A stretch of DNA of 64,000 bases. Source: an uncultured delta proteobacterium (lineage in GTDB: Bacteria; Desulfobacterota; BSN033; UBA1163). Of the stretch, positions 28,480-38,909 are shown piece by piece; position 1 is the stretch's first letter, and each line of letters starts with the position of its first letter. The stretch spans positions 64,001-128,000 of the forward strand of contig CAWHBU010000003.1 of the NCBI GenBank assembly GCA_963827685.1, read 5' to 3'. The translations under genes were made by a program, and so were the position numbers. Under the pieces are notes generated by a model. That model saw nothing but the letters and a program-made list of their open reading frames with translations. It was not told the DNA's origin and did no database searches.

Positions 28480-28509
28480 GCCTGGTGCAATCCAAAGTTA
28501 GGAGGCCAC

Positions 28510-28866
28510 ATGGAAAAACAAATCTCGCTTGATGGAATAAGAATGCGTGTCGTCTCGACGGCTGAAGGAGGCGAAGTCAACACTGAGACGCTATTTGAGT
28601 TTACTCAAGACGGTTCGGTTGTCTCCGCGCGCTATGCTGGTGGCAAGGTGCGACTTGGCTATCTGGTCGGCATGATGTCCTCAGAAGGGCTCCGCTTCCG
28701 GTATGCTCAGATTGACAACTCTGGCCGCCTCGACGGTGGATATTCAACTTGTGAAATTGGGCGGACGGCCGAGGGCAGGGTACAGTTGGCCGAGCATTTC
28801 AAGTGGGACTCGCGTGAAGGTTCAGGAACCAACATCTATGAGGAAATCGGTGTCAATCGCTCATGA
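28510..28866 (+). CDS. Hypothetical beta-rich protein
   Basis: RBS ggagg at 28501. GEVNTETLFEF.Q...YAGG.V..GYLVG...E.F.W looks like a conserved small beta-barrel family. Confidence 0.75.
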   Translation: MEKQISLDGIRMRVVSTAEGGEVNTETLFEFTQDGSVVSARYAGGKVRLGYLVGMMSSEGLRFRYAQIDNSGRLDGGYSTCEIGRTAEGRVQLAEHFKWDSREGSGTNIYEEIGVNRS

Positions 28867-28908
28867 GGAGGGCTTCATTGTTAGCCTCCAGTTCGAGAGG
28901 GGAATGAG

Positions 28909-29343
28909 ATGACAGAAGAGATTGTGCAAAAGTATGGGCAAAGAGTCGGATACACGGAATCAGAAGTTGCGAAGTTCCATGAGGGAGGCCACAGGATTAG
29001 GCAGGTAAAACGGCTCTCCCAAGTTGCTTCCCTGTATTCCATCGAGGCTACGGTTGTTCATGCCAAGCATTGCAATTCAAGGCATACAGTGGGGCAAAAA
29101 CTCATTCTCGATGTGGACGGTAACTTGATTTCCAAACTCTGTCCAAAAAGAATGTGCGTTTATTTGATATCGCAACTGACAATCCCTGTGGCGCTCATCA
29201 ATGAAAGGTTAAGCGAGGGTCTCGAGCCGAATGATTTTCATTTCATGCGATACGTGAGATGCCCGGATGCCGGTATTGAGTGTTATGGTTATGGAGAGGT
29301 CATGGTTCAGGTTAAGGTTATCCCACGAGTTAAACAGGAATGA
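28909..29343 (+). CDS. Hypothetical Cys-rich (metal-binding?) protein
   Basis: RBS gagggg; HCNSRH, CPKRMC, RCPD, EC motifs. Confidence 0.7.
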   Translation: MTEEIVQKYGQRVGYTESEVAKFHEGGHRIRQVKRLSQVASLYSIEATVVHAKHCNSRHTVGQKLILDVDGNLISKLCPKRMCVYLISQLTIPVALINERLSEGLEPNDFHFMRYVRCPDAGIECYGYGEVMVQVKVIPRVKQE

Positions 29344-29389
29344 ATGATTTCTGGCCCAGCGGCTACTGATGAGTTGCAACTGCGTTCTA

Positions 29390-30494
29390 TTGAGTTTCGC
29401 ATAAATAATGGAACGCTACTCTCTAGTCCATGGGAGATCAGAAGCATAGATGCATGACCGGAGGAGTTTCTGTGATTGCCTGAGTCTTCGTCTCGAGTTT
29501 CGAAGCATTTTCTTAAGATCATTTAGACTTTCCGGTACACTGTTGGACAAGGCACGGTCAGTCTGGTTCCAAACATACTCAGCCGGATTAAGCTCGGGAG
29601 CATAGGCCGGAAAGTATTCCATATGAATTCTAGGGTGCCGAAGAAGAAACTGTTTAACTTCCTTTCGCCGATGGATGGTGGCTCGATCCCACAACAGGAA
29701 CATGGGTCCCCTGATATGTTGGAGCAGTTCTTTAAGAAAAGACCGAACATCCAGACCGGTGAGGTTCCATGCCCGAAATCGGAGATAAAGGGCCAACCGC
29801 TTTCGTTTCGGGGAGACCGACAAAGCACTGATAGAGGAAATCCTATCCTGTTTGTACAGGTGGTAGAAGACAGGGGTTTTCCCTTTTGGAGCCCAGGTGC
29901 GGCGAATGTTTGGAATGAGTAAGAAGCCAGACTCATCAAGAAAGACCAGCTGGGCCCCAAGTCTTTTGGCGTTTTTTTATATGCGGCCACCGGTGAACCT
30001 TCCAATGTACGATCTCTTTGTCGTCCCTTTGTAACGCCCGACGCTCTGGTTTCTGACAACTCCATCCCATGCCCTGAAGCAACCGCCACACATGATTGGG
30101 GTGATACCGGATACGAAAGTGTTTCAGAATGGTTTGAGCGATCCGCTTCAATGTCCACAGATCGGTCCGATATCCTGCGGCCAGAGGACCCGCCAAAAGC
30201 AGTTCCGCTAACTTCTCTTTCTCGATTCGAGACAGCTTCGGAGGACGTCCTGGAATGGCCTTCGAGCGAAGGGCCTCCGATCCGCCTTCTTGGTACTGTT
30301 GAAACCATCGGAAGACTGAGCTTTTTGATGCCCCCACCGAACGCGCTATGGCCGAAAGACTGGCCTTGCCTTCTTTCAACAACGAAATGGCGCCTCGACG
30401 GCGCTTCTCCAGTTCCTCTTGGGATCCATGGGGTCTCATGCCCCATATTATAGCAGAAAAAGTTAAAACGTTCCATTATTTATGCGAAAGTCAA
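29390..30494 (-). mobile_element. IS630-family insertion sequence
   Basis: 26-bp IRs ttgagtttcgcataaataatggaacg / cgttccattatttatgcgaaagtcaa with 1 mismatch; TA on both sides. Confidence 0.93.
29416..30439 (-). CDS. IS630 transposase, two ORFs joined by a -1 frameshift at A7 (29972-29978)
   Basis: HTH ORF (GRPPKL, LWT), then shifted frame VFLDESGF...WDRATIH...PAYAPELNPAE (DDE_3). Confidence 0.9.
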
Positions 30495-30510
30495 TAATAA
30501 CAAGCAAACC

Positions 30511-30550
30511 GCGCCTAACATTGGGTTGGAGCTGACGCGCTACGCGCGCC
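30511..30550 (+). other. Truncated attC-like site (R'' half)
   Basis: gcgcctaacattgggttggagctgacgcgctacgcgcg. The first 12 nt are the exact reverse complement of 28470-28481. Confidence 0.5.
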
Positions 30551-30606
30551 GAATTCTGTGCTCACCTGTATGTTTCGGATGGAACTGCAATAGAGGAAGA
30601 CAAAAT

Positions 30607-31071
30607 ATGATAACCCTGAAAGATTCAATAGAAGTAAACGCAACACCGGAAAAAGTATTTGAGTGGCTTATTGCGCGTTTCAAAGATAAGGAATCGTACC
30701 AAGCCTGGCATCCTGACCATGTAGACATTCGCTGGATTAAGGGTGAACCTTTTCAGGAAGGCTCAACCATCTATGCCGAGGAGTATCTGCATGGGGTTCT
30801 GCATAAACTCAAGTTTCGTATTACCAAGATAGTGCCAAATAGGGTGATTGAATACAGGTATTTATTCCCGTTGTCCATAGTAGCTCCAGAGAACACATTT
30901 CTTATAGTGCCGAAGGGCAAAAACAGTTGCATGTTCACCGCCATGAGCAGTTTGAGACTACCACGTTGGCTATTTGAAAAACTCACTAAAAAACATAACA
31001 ACAAAATTGAAGCTGGGCAACAACATATCAAAGAAGAAGGGGAGAACCTTAAAAGGGCAGTGGAGAAATAG
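30607..31071 (+). CDS. SRPBCC/polyketide-cyclase-like protein
   Basis: SIEVNATPEKVFEW, YQAWHPDH, EEGENLK pattern; RBS gagga. Confidence 0.8.
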   Translation: MITLKDSIEVNATPEKVFEWLIARFKDKESYQAWHPDHVDIRWIKGEPFQEGSTIYAEEYLHGVLHKLKFRITKIVPNRVIEYRYLFPLSIVAPENTFLIVPKGKNSCMFTAMSSLRLPRWLFEKLTKKHNNKIEAGQQHIKEEGENLKRAVEK

Positions 31072-31222
31072 AAGTATTGGGGTCGAATCTTCTTTCTGAC
31101 AATGGGAGGTATGGGGTCGGGAGGTATGGGGTCAAGTCTTTGTTCTTGATAATGGACAAAGTTCCTCAAGGAAAAGAAAGTCTTTGTGTAAGGAAAGACA
31201 ATCAACCGAAAGTCAAAGATAA

Positions 31223-32845
31223 ACGGGCTGTTGCCCAAATGATGCTTGCAACGATTATACATTCGAGCTATAAGCATGGCAGCACAAATCTGGAATGGAG
31301 ATATTGCCATGATGGGTCAACAGACAGGAATTCAGCCGAAGATCTTCTATCATCATATGAACCTGGACCAAAGAGTTCCCCGGACACACCTTCTGAGAAA
31401 GATCCAGGAGCAGATTGACTTTAACTTCATCTATGCCGAAGTCAGAGATACCTATGGAGGCAATGGGAATGTGTCCATTCCCCCTCCTGTGATCCTGAAG
31501 ATGATGTTGCTATTAGTTCTTTACAATGTTCGATCGGAACGAGAGTTGATGGAGACGATACCCATGCGTTTAGACTGGCTATGGTTTTTAGGGTACGACA
31601 TAGACAGCGAGGTGCCGGATCACAGTGTATTGAGTAAAGCCAGGGCGCGGTGGGGAGTAGAGGCGTTTAGGGGATTTTTTGAGCGAATTGTGTGGCAATG
31701 TGTGGAGGCGGGGTTAGTGGACGGCAGAAAGATCTTTGTGGATTCGAGCCTGGTGGATGCGGATGCATCGAACAACTCCGTGATCGACACGCGATCGTTG
31801 AAGGTTCAACTCCAGGAGGGCTACAAGAAGCTGGAAGCACGATTAGAGGAAAAGAGCGAGAGCACGGATTCCTCCAGGAGATACGTTAAAGAGAACAGCC
31901 GATACATTTCAACGACCGATCCGGATGCATCGATAGTGAATCGTGGCAAGCCCAAACTCTCCTATCAGGTACATCGGGCCGTGGATGAGCGGAGTGAAGT
32001 GATCACGGCGATCGAGACGACAACAGGAGATGTCAATGAAGCGCATGAGATGATTCCTCTGATAGAGAGCCACCGTTTAAATACAGGGATCAATGCGGAT
32101 ACGGTGGTGGCCGACAGCAAATACGGGACGATCGAGAACTTTTTGGCCTGTCATGATAGAGGAGTAGAGGCCCACATGCCGGACTTGAGGGAAATCTCAT
32201 TGAAGCGTACAGAAAAGCAAAATATCTTTGGGGAAGAGCGGTTTGAGTATGATCGGGAGAGTGACACCTATCGTTGTCCAGCTGGGCATCGGTTGAAGCC
32301 TAGATCATTACATATGAGTCGGCAAAGTAGAGATTACGCTGCACCCAAGAAGATTTGTGCAGCATGTGACTTAAGAGAGCAGTGTACTAGAAACAGATCA
32401 GGTCGGACAATTAAGCGACATCTGAGGCAGGAAGATCTAGACAGGATGCGAGAAGCGAGTCGATCGGCCAAAGCGAAGCGGGATATCAAAGTGAGGCAGC
32501 ATTTGATGGAGCGTTCCTATGCCAGAGGGACGCGGTATGGATATGACCGGGCACGATGGAGAGGGCTTTGGCGGGTGCAGATACAGGAATACCTGATCTC
32601 TGCTGTCCAGAACATTGAGGTTTTGCTTAGGTACGGATCTTACCTAAAGAGAAGTCCATCGGTGATGATGGAGCAGATCAAAGGGGCTGTGACAAGGGAG
32701 ATAAGGTCCTTTTCAGATTTTAAGGAGCTAATGAACTCAAAAATTGGCCGAATGGTGCTATTTGGTTTTACTTACCCTCGGCTATCATTCATGGAAACTC
32801 AAACTGTCAGATATTTTTGAATTGGGCTTTTGAGCAACAGCCCGT
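31223..32845 (+). mobile_element. IS1182-family element, copy 1 (1623 bp)
   Basis: 17-bp IRs acgggctgttgcccaaa / tttgagcaacagcccgt; second copy at 53827-55449. Confidence 0.92.
31309..32820 (+). CDS. IS1182-family DDE transposase
   Basis: SERELM, PDHSVLSKAR, VDSS, STTDPDA, VADSKYG, CPAG, C..C..REQC. Confidence 0.9.
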   Translation: MMGQQTGIQPKIFYHHMNLDQRVPRTHLLRKIQEQIDFNFIYAEVRDTYGGNGNVSIPPPVILKMMLLLVLYNVRSERELMETIPMRLDWLWFLGYDIDSEVPDHSVLSKARARWGVEAFRGFFERIVWQCVEAGLVDGRKIFVDSSLVDADASNNSVIDTRSLKVQLQEGYKKLEARLEEKSESTDSSRRYVKENSRYISTTDPDASIVNRGKPKLSYQVHRAVDERSEVITAIETTTGDVNEAHEMIPLIESHRLNTGINADTVVADSKYGTIENFLACHDRGVEAHMPDLREISLKRTEKQNIFGEERFEYDRESDTYRCPAGHRLKPRSLHMSRQSRDYAAPKKICAACDLREQCTRNRSGRTIKRHLRQEDLDRMREASRSAKAKRDIKVRQHLMERSYARGTRYGYDRARWRGLWRVQIQEYLISAVQNIEVLLRYGSYLKRSPSVMMEQIKGAVTREIRSFSDFKELMNSKIGRMVLFGFTYPRLSFMETQTVRYF

Positions 32846-33356
32846 TCAGATGTCATTTTTCTTTAAAATGTGAACGCATTCCATTTTTCACGGATGGGAT
32901 GTAATAGCAACACTGGTGATCTTTTTTCTTCCAGAGGCGTAATACCAGAATATTCGGTAAGCAGTCAGTCAAATGAGTTTTACATGACGGGGTTCGTGAC
33001 TCTCGAACGATGAAAAGCTACTAACTATTATCCTCCCCCTTGACGGGGGAGGATTAAGGTGGGGGTGGACATGGCGTGTTTTTCCCTCACCCCTGCTCTC
33101 TCCCACCAGGGGAGAGGGGGATAAGGGATTTACCTCCTAGGCAATTCAAGGATATTCAGAGAAGGATTTTCAGGCTGGTTTCCATAAATCCAAGGTCTTT
33201 TCTTACAGCTTTTAATTCTTACCGATGTTTCCATCTAAAAATTGTATTTTTGATAAAAGTTTTCATTCGTATCTATTCTGTTTATGTTAAAATGAGATGG
33301 TGTAAAAAGAACGAGTTTTCCCATAAGATAAATCTCTGAAAAAGGAGGGGCATCCT

Positions 33357-33938
33357 ATGAAGAAAGAACCAATGGACATGACAAAACGAGTTTTTAAGAT
33401 TTTGGCTCTTGCTACCAGTCTGGCGCTCATCATAGGAATGATCTCTGTCACAACTTCCTCTGCCAAAACGGCCCAGGAGATTAATTCAGAGGTCAATGCG
33501 GCTCTGGAGCTATTTGTTCAACAGGTAAAAGGTGCAAAGGAGTTCCTCAATACCGCCAAGGGTGTGCTCATCATCCCCAATATTGTAAAGGTAGGGGTGG
33601 GTGTAGGAGGCGAGTATGGAGAGGGAGCCTTGAGGATTGGAGGAAAGACGGTCGATTATTATGGCATCGCAGCCGGCTCGGTTGGACTTCAGCTCGGGGC
33701 CCAGAAGAAAAACTTAATCCTCGTATTTAAGCAAGACGATGCACTTAATAATTTCCGGAAAAGTTCTGGCTGGAAGGCGGGGGTGGACGGGTCAGCTACC
33801 TTTATCGACGTCGGGACAGGAAAATCCATCGACACGGTAAACATTAAGGACCCCATTGTCGCATTCATGTTTGGTCAGAGGGGTTTGATGGCAAACGCAA
33901 CCATTGAAGGTGCGAAGTTTACCAAATTGGTAAGGTAG
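33357..33938 (+). CDS. Exported YSC84/SYLF-domain protein
   Basis: Signal peptide; AKGVLIIP, GVGGEYGEGAL, SVGLQLGAQ, GLMANAT. Confidence 0.85.
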   Translation: MKKEPMDMTKRVFKILALATSLALIIGMISVTTSSAKTAQEINSEVNAALELFVQQVKGAKEFLNTAKGVLIIPNIVKVGVGVGGEYGEGALRIGGKTVDYYGIAAGSVGLQLGAQKKNLILVFKQDDALNNFRKSSGWKAGVDGSATFIDVGTGKSIDTVNIKDPIVAFMFGQRGLMANATIEGAKFTKLVR

Positions 33939-33946
33939 GACGTTGG

Positions 33947-33977
33947 AAAAAAGCCCAGGATGGCCTGGGCTGTTTTT
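33947..33977. terminator. Likely bidirectional intrinsic terminator
   Basis: aaaaa-agcccagg-atgg-cctgggct-gttttt between convergent genes. Confidence 0.75.
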
Positions 33978-34038
33978 ATGGGGCCAAAGAGTTAATAACC
34001 TTCACGCTCTATTCTTCAAGGAGTTCTTTCAAGACATC

Positions 34039-35652
34039 TTATGGGTTCGTCTCCTCCGAGGATTTCCCTGACTCCTTGTGTGTTCGTTCGAGGAGACGTC
34101 TCTCGATCTCTTTTTTCAAGCCACGGCCCAACTGCTTACCTAAGGCTTCCTCATCAAAATTGACGCTGGGCTTCTCCGTTGTGCCTTTAATCTTGAGAGA
34201 AATAACTTTCCAACCTTGCTCATCCTCGAGGAATTTCAATGCAGCGAGTCTTCCTTTTAGGCTCCCCGTAAGGCTCGGCGAAAGCTTAAGCTCTGTCGGT
34301 ATATCCAGCCTCTTCTCAAAGTCAACCACACCCTTCGGACTGACCTTAAAAAGAGAAGAACGGATCCAGCCATCGAGAAATACCCTTCCATCCTTCACGT
34401 CAAAATTGAATAGGCCCTCGTCAAAGCCAGGGTTCTTCAGCGAGGGAATACCAGTAAGGAACGCAATCGCATCAAAAATCTGAGACTCTTTGATGGCTCC
34501 CTTGCCAAGTTTAGCCACTGCCGTCCCCCTCAACGTCTTTTGAATCTGTGATGCGTCCTCGGTGGCGCACTGAAGGTTTCCATTGAGAGACCCCTCAGCG
34601 GTGAAGGAGCCTTCTCCGGAAAATTGCAGTCCAAGGGGATCGATCCTCATCACACCCTTGGCATACTTGTAATGCATACGAAGACCTTTGACCGTGTAAT
34701 CCTGATAGGTTGCCTTATCCACCGTGATCTCCCCTGAAGCCTTAAGCTTTTGCGTCATGCCTCCTTCGGAGGACTCCGCTTTCTTCCCCTTCGGCTGAGG
34801 GCGATCTTCTTGCACTTTCTTCTCGCCGCTCAAGCCCATCAGATGCTGAAGGTCAAGCGTTTTAGCATGGAGATTGGCGACCACATCCGGCGCCGAACGA
34901 TAATCTTTGGCTGTTGCCGAAAGCTCAATGGTATCCTTTCCGATCATCGTTTGGAGATTGGCCCGGATAGTCTCCGCATCCATGTCAATCTTGCCTGAAA
35001 CCTTAACCTCAACATCCTTCAATTTGGCTTTGACCTCCTTAAAGGAGATGAGCCCAAAATCCATGCGGGGCGTGCCATCCTTTTCTAAAGCTCCCCTAAA
35101 CTCTGCATCCAAAGCAATGGAGATATCAGGTAATTCTTTCCCTTCGTCGACAAACGTCAAACTGGCGTTTCGAATATAAAACCGATCTGCGACGATGGCG
35201 ACAGGAAGCCCCTGATGTTCAGGGCCGGATGGCTTCTGGGGTTCCTTGGGTCCCTTGGAGCGATTTTCTGTGATGTCGCTGAAGTTATACCTCCCTCCCC
35301 TCTCCTTCTTGATAGAGATGGAGGGAGAGACAATTTCGATCTTACTGATGACGAGCTGCTTTTTCAGAAGGGGCAAAAGGCGGTAGGAAAGGACAAACCT
35401 CCCCACCTTCACAAAATCTCTCTGTCCGTCCTTCTCCTTGACACTCAATCCTTTTGCCACAATTCCTTTAAAGAGAGAAACATTGATCTCATCTAAGAGG
35501 ACCTTTCTCCCTGTCATGGCTTCCGCCTTTGGGAGAATGAGTGGTTTAAGCCGATCACTGGAGAGATAACTCTTAACAAAAATACTGAGTCCAATGATCA
35601 GAAGAATCAGGATTCCCGCCACGATTCCCGCTACCTTCAAAAGCTTTTTCAT
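34039..35652 (-). CDS. AsmA-family protein
   Basis: N-terminal TM, TGRKV, LLPLL..L.ISKI, YNFSD, C-terminal IKGT.EKP. Confidence 0.85.
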   Translation of the reverse strand: MKKLLKVAGIVAGILILLIIGLSIFVKSYLSSDRLKPLILPKAEAMTGRKVLLDEINVSLFKGIVAKGLSVKEKDGQRDFVKVGRFVLSYRLLPLLKKQLVISKIEIVSPSISIKKERGGRYNFSDITENRSKGPKEPQKPSGPEHQGLPVAIVADRFYIRNASLTFVDEGKELPDISIALDAEFRGALEKDGTPRMDFGLISFKEVKAKLKDVEVKVSGKIDMDAETIRANLQTMIGKDTIELSATAKDYRSAPDVVANLHAKTLDLQHLMGLSGEKKVQEDRPQPKGKKAESSEGGMTQKLKASGEITVDKATYQDYTVKGLRMHYKYAKGVMRIDPLGLQFSGEGSFTAEGSLNGNLQCATEDASQIQKTLRGTAVAKLGKGAIKESQIFDAIAFLTGIPSLKNPGFDEGLFNFDVKDGRVFLDGWIRSSLFKVSPKGVVDFEKRLDIPTELKLSPSLTGSLKGRLAALKFLEDEQGWKVISLKIKGTTEKPSVNFDEEALGKQLGRGLKKEIERRLLERTHKESGKSSEETNP

Positions 35653-35760
35653 GATCTATCCTCCCTCACTGACAGATTCTTCTGCATGCTCTTTCAATGC
35701 AGATGGAATTAACGTTTATCTAATAAAATTTATACCAAGTCCCTCAATCGTTTGCAAGCC

Positions 35761-35916
35761 ATCCCTAACTCCTACAATCCGTAATCGTCATCCTGAACCC
35801 TGGCCTGATGAAGATCAGGCTCGTTTCAGGATCTATGGTTTATCGAAAATGAGAGATGCTGAAAAAATTTCAGCATGACAGGGATATCCCTAAGGTTTTT
35901 AATTTTGGTTAGGGAT
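35761..35916. repeat. Nested palindromic element (atccctaac/gttagggat shell around a gtcatcctgaa...ttcagcatgac core)
   Basis: Core 35786-35880 contains a further hairpin gcctgat-gaag-atcaggc. Confidence 0.6.
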
Positions 35917-36123
35917 TATGGAACTCCCTGTAAGAATCTTTTTTTTCGTGACAACCACAAGATGTCCCCCTCACCCTCCCCTCTCCCCCTGGGGAAAAGG
36001 GCAAAATGTTGCGCTGCGAGAGGAAATTGTGGTATAGAGTCATTAATTTCTATTTGCTCCTTCATCCCGCCTTTGATGGACATTCCGTTTGGAGCTGATT
36101 GAGCATAATTGAGGAGGTATGGC

Positions 36124-36921
36124 ATGGCCGAACAAGATCTGCTTTATCGTCGGGAGGATGGCATGGGGATTGTCACCCTCAACCGCCCCAAAAAATTGAA
36201 CGCCATCACCCATCCTATGCATCAACGACTTCATTCGATCATTGAAGAGATTCGCAGAGATGACAGTGTCAGGGTGGGAATTTTGACAGGGAATGGGCGA
36301 GCCTTCTGTGCGGGTACGGATATAACAGGGGAGGTGCCTATTTCAGCGGAAGTCGAAATTCTCAATATGAAAGAAAGAAGCTCAACAGAATATCGGGATT
36401 CCCAGTGGTATTTTAACAGCCTCCCAAAGCCGATGATCTGTGCGATCAATGGTGTAGCCGTGGGCATCGGGGCAGAATTTTCGCTCCATTGCGATATTCG
36501 TATTGCGGCGGAAAGTGCCCGCTGGGGTCAGGTGTTCGTTCTCAGAGGCCTGGTTCCCGATACAGGGGCAGGGACTTACCTTCTTCCGCGGATTGTCGGG
36601 CTGTCCAAGGCCTGTGAACTCGTCTTTTCCGGAGAGATCATTAACGCCCAAGAAATGTTACGAATTGGCTTGGTGAGCAGTGTTGTACCGGACGATCGAC
36701 TGATGATTGCGGCTAAAGAGATGGCTAAAAAGCTGATGAGAGGAGCTCCTTTGGCGGTGCAGATGTCAAAGCAACTCATGTACCTGGGGCTGGAGCGATC
36801 CATTGAGGCTCACCAGGAAGCTGCGCGCTACTGTTTTCGATTGAGTACGCAAACAGAGGATTTTAGAGAAGGGATAAAATCATTCTTTGAAAAACGAGAG
36901 CCCCACTGGGTAGGGAAGTAA
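36124..36921 (+). CDS. Enoyl-CoA hydratase/isomerase family
   Basis: TLNRPKKLNA, AFCAGTD, KPMICAING.AVG, GLVPD; RBS gaggagg. Confidence 0.92.
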   Translation: MAEQDLLYRREDGMGIVTLNRPKKLNAITHPMHQRLHSIIEEIRRDDSVRVGILTGNGRAFCAGTDITGEVPISAEVEILNMKERSSTEYRDSQWYFNSLPKPMICAINGVAVGIGAEFSLHCDIRIAAESARWGQVFVLRGLVPDTGAGTYLLPRIVGLSKACELVFSGEIINAQEMLRIGLVSSVVPDDRLMIAAKEMAKKLMRGAPLAVQMSKQLMYLGLERSIEAHQEAARYCFRLSTQTEDFREGIKSFFEKREPHWVGK

Positions 36922-36999
36922 TCCATTAAGAATTTCTTTGGGGAACGGGGTAAGGAGTTTCTAAGCAAGATCTCCGCCTCATGGCTCAAGGGAGGGAAA

Positions 37000-37806
37000 A
37001 TGGCGTTTAAGGAGATTCTTTACAACATCGAAGGTCCGGTGGCGATCATCACGCTGAATCGGCCCGAAAGGATGAATGCCTTGACGATGGTTACCCATCA
37101 AGAGTTAGAGCAGGCCATCACCGATGCAGACCAAGATGAAAAAGTTAGGGTTGTTGTGATCACCGGCGCCGGGAAGGGATTTTGCTCCGGGGACGATGTG
37201 CAGAATATATTTTTGGACCCCGAAGATAACCTCAAGAGAGAAAAGCAAGCCCGGCTTCAAATCCTGCAAAGGAAGAGGCATTCGATGGGCGGAGCGCACC
37301 GCCTGGTGGAAATCAACAAACCTTCCATAGCAGCGGTCAACGGCGCAGCCGTTGGTTACGGGTGCGATATGAGCCTCATGTGTCATTTGCGGATCGCCTC
37401 GGAAAAGGCTCGTTTCGGGGAGGTGTTTCTCCGGGTGGGCTTGATTCCGGACGCCGCCATGATTCTTCTTCCCCGGTTGGTGGGGACCGCGAAGGCGTAT
37501 GAGATGATCCTGACAACGGATATCATCGACGCGAAAGAGGCGGAGCGAATCGGTTTGGTCAACAAAGTGGTGCCGCATGAGCAGTTAATGGACGCAACGA
37601 TGGAATTGGCCAATAAAATAGCCGCGAAACCGCCCATCTCCGTCCGGTTGGCGATCGAGGGGGTTCGAAGAGGGGTGAATTTGCCTTTGCCTGAATATAT
37701 GGAGTGGCATGCCCAGGCGTTCATGGTTTGTGCGGAAACAGAAGATCATATTGAAGGTTCCAAAGCCTTCATTGAGAAGCGGCAACCCGTATTCAAAGGA
37801 AAGTAG
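37000..37806 (+). CDS. Enoyl-CoA hydratase/isomerase family
   Basis: TLNRPERMNA, FCSGDD, KPSIAAVNGAAVG, GLIPD. Confidence 0.92.
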   Translation: MAFKEILYNIEGPVAIITLNRPERMNALTMVTHQELEQAITDADQDEKVRVVVITGAGKGFCSGDDVQNIFLDPEDNLKREKQARLQILQRKRHSMGGAHRLVEINKPSIAAVNGAAVGYGCDMSLMCHLRIASEKARFGEVFLRVGLIPDAAMILLPRLVGTAKAYEMILTTDIIDAKEAERIGLVNKVVPHEQLMDATMELANKIAAKPPISVRLAIEGVRRGVNLPLPEYMEWHAQAFMVCAETEDHIEGSKAFIEKRQPVFKGK

Positions 37807-37856
37807 AAAAGCAAAACGTTACAAAAAATCTATTAGGATCCACCGAAGGAGGGATT

Positions 37857-38909
37857 ATGATCAAAACGAGATTTACGGAGTTGTTGGGAATAAAACACCC
37901 GATCATGCTGGCAGGAATGAACTGGATTACGACCCCCAAACTGGTAGCGGCTGTCTGTAACGCAGGGGGATTAGGTATTTTCGCCACCGCTGCCTGCACT
38001 CCCGAAGAAACGCGAAAGAATATCCGGGAGATCCGAGAACTCACCGATCAACCTTTCGGAATCAACCAAATCCTGATCGGCCCTGGAGCCAAAGAAAATA
38101 TCGCGATCGCCATCGAGGAAAAAGTCCCCATCATCAATTATTCCTTGGGAAAACCCTGGTTCGTTGATCAGGTTCATGCCTACGGGGGGAAGGTTATGGG
38201 GACCATCGCGATCGCCAGGCATGCGGCTCGAGCAGCGCAGTTGGGTTGCGATATGCTTGTGGTCACCGGCCACGAAGCCGCCGCCCATGGAGACGTGGCA
38301 ACTTCGATGGTCTTGATCCCTTTAGTGGCCAGTCAGGTAAAAATTCCTCTGATTGCTGCGGGGGGCTTCTATGATGGAAGGGGGCTGGCCGCCGCATTGG
38401 TTCTGGGAGCGGATGCCATTTCTATGGGCACTCGGTTTATCGTGACCCAGGAGAGCAATGTCCACGAGAATTTCAAAAAACTGGTCATTGAAGCCACGGA
38501 GCAGGATACGTTGTACGGTGATGTCTTCGACGGATTACCGGGCAGAGCGTTAAAAAGCCCAGGAGCGGAAGCCATGATGAAGGGAGGTTTCCCGCTCTTT
38601 CAATCCGTGAGGAGTGCTTTGGAGGTCAAGCGGATTCTGAACCTTTCGCTCTCGAAATTCATCGGCCTCAGCTGGAGCATGATGAAATCCGAAGAAGGAA
38701 AGAACCTTTTGATTCAAGCTCGCTCGGCCAATGGGGCCATCCATCATCTGAAAGCGATCAATGAGGGTGATCAAAAGGAAGGGTTTTTATTTGCCGGACA
38801 GTCCGTCGGCGGCATTCAGGATATACCCACGTGCAAAGAACTCATTGAGCGGATCGTCGTGGAGGCCGAGAAGAAATTGGAGGCAGTGGGAATTAATATT
38901 CATGCCTGA
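37857..38909 (+). CDS. Nitronate monooxygenase/FabK-like flavoprotein
   Basis: LGIKHPI..GM, AVCNAGGLG, EAAAHG, AAGGFYDGRG, MGTRF, GQSVG. Confidence 0.88.
   Translation: MIKTRFTELLGIKHPIMLAGMNWITTPKLVAAVCNAGGLGIFATAACTPEETRKNIREIRELTDQPFGINQILIGPGAKENIAIAIEEKVPIINYSLGKPWFVDQVHAYGGKVMGTIAIARHAARAAQLGCDMLVVTGHEAAAHGDVATSMVLIPLVASQVKIPLIAAGGFYDGRGLAAALVLGADAISMGTRFIVTQESNVHENFKKLVIEATEQDTLYGDVFDGLPGRALKSPGAEAMMKGGFPLFQSVRSALEVKRILNLSLSKFIGLSWSMMKSEEGKNLLIQARSANGAIHHLKAINEGDQKEGFLFAGQSVGGIQDIPTCKELIERIVVEAEKKLEAVGINIHA

Noticed and set aside
28452-28480. dif/Xer site
   Set aside because: Only loose similarity to the XerD arm. Multiple copies diverging after GTT fit an attI-like site better.
29523-30476. 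317-aa minus-strand ORF in IS630
   Set aside because: An alternative frame over the transposase with no recognisable motifs.
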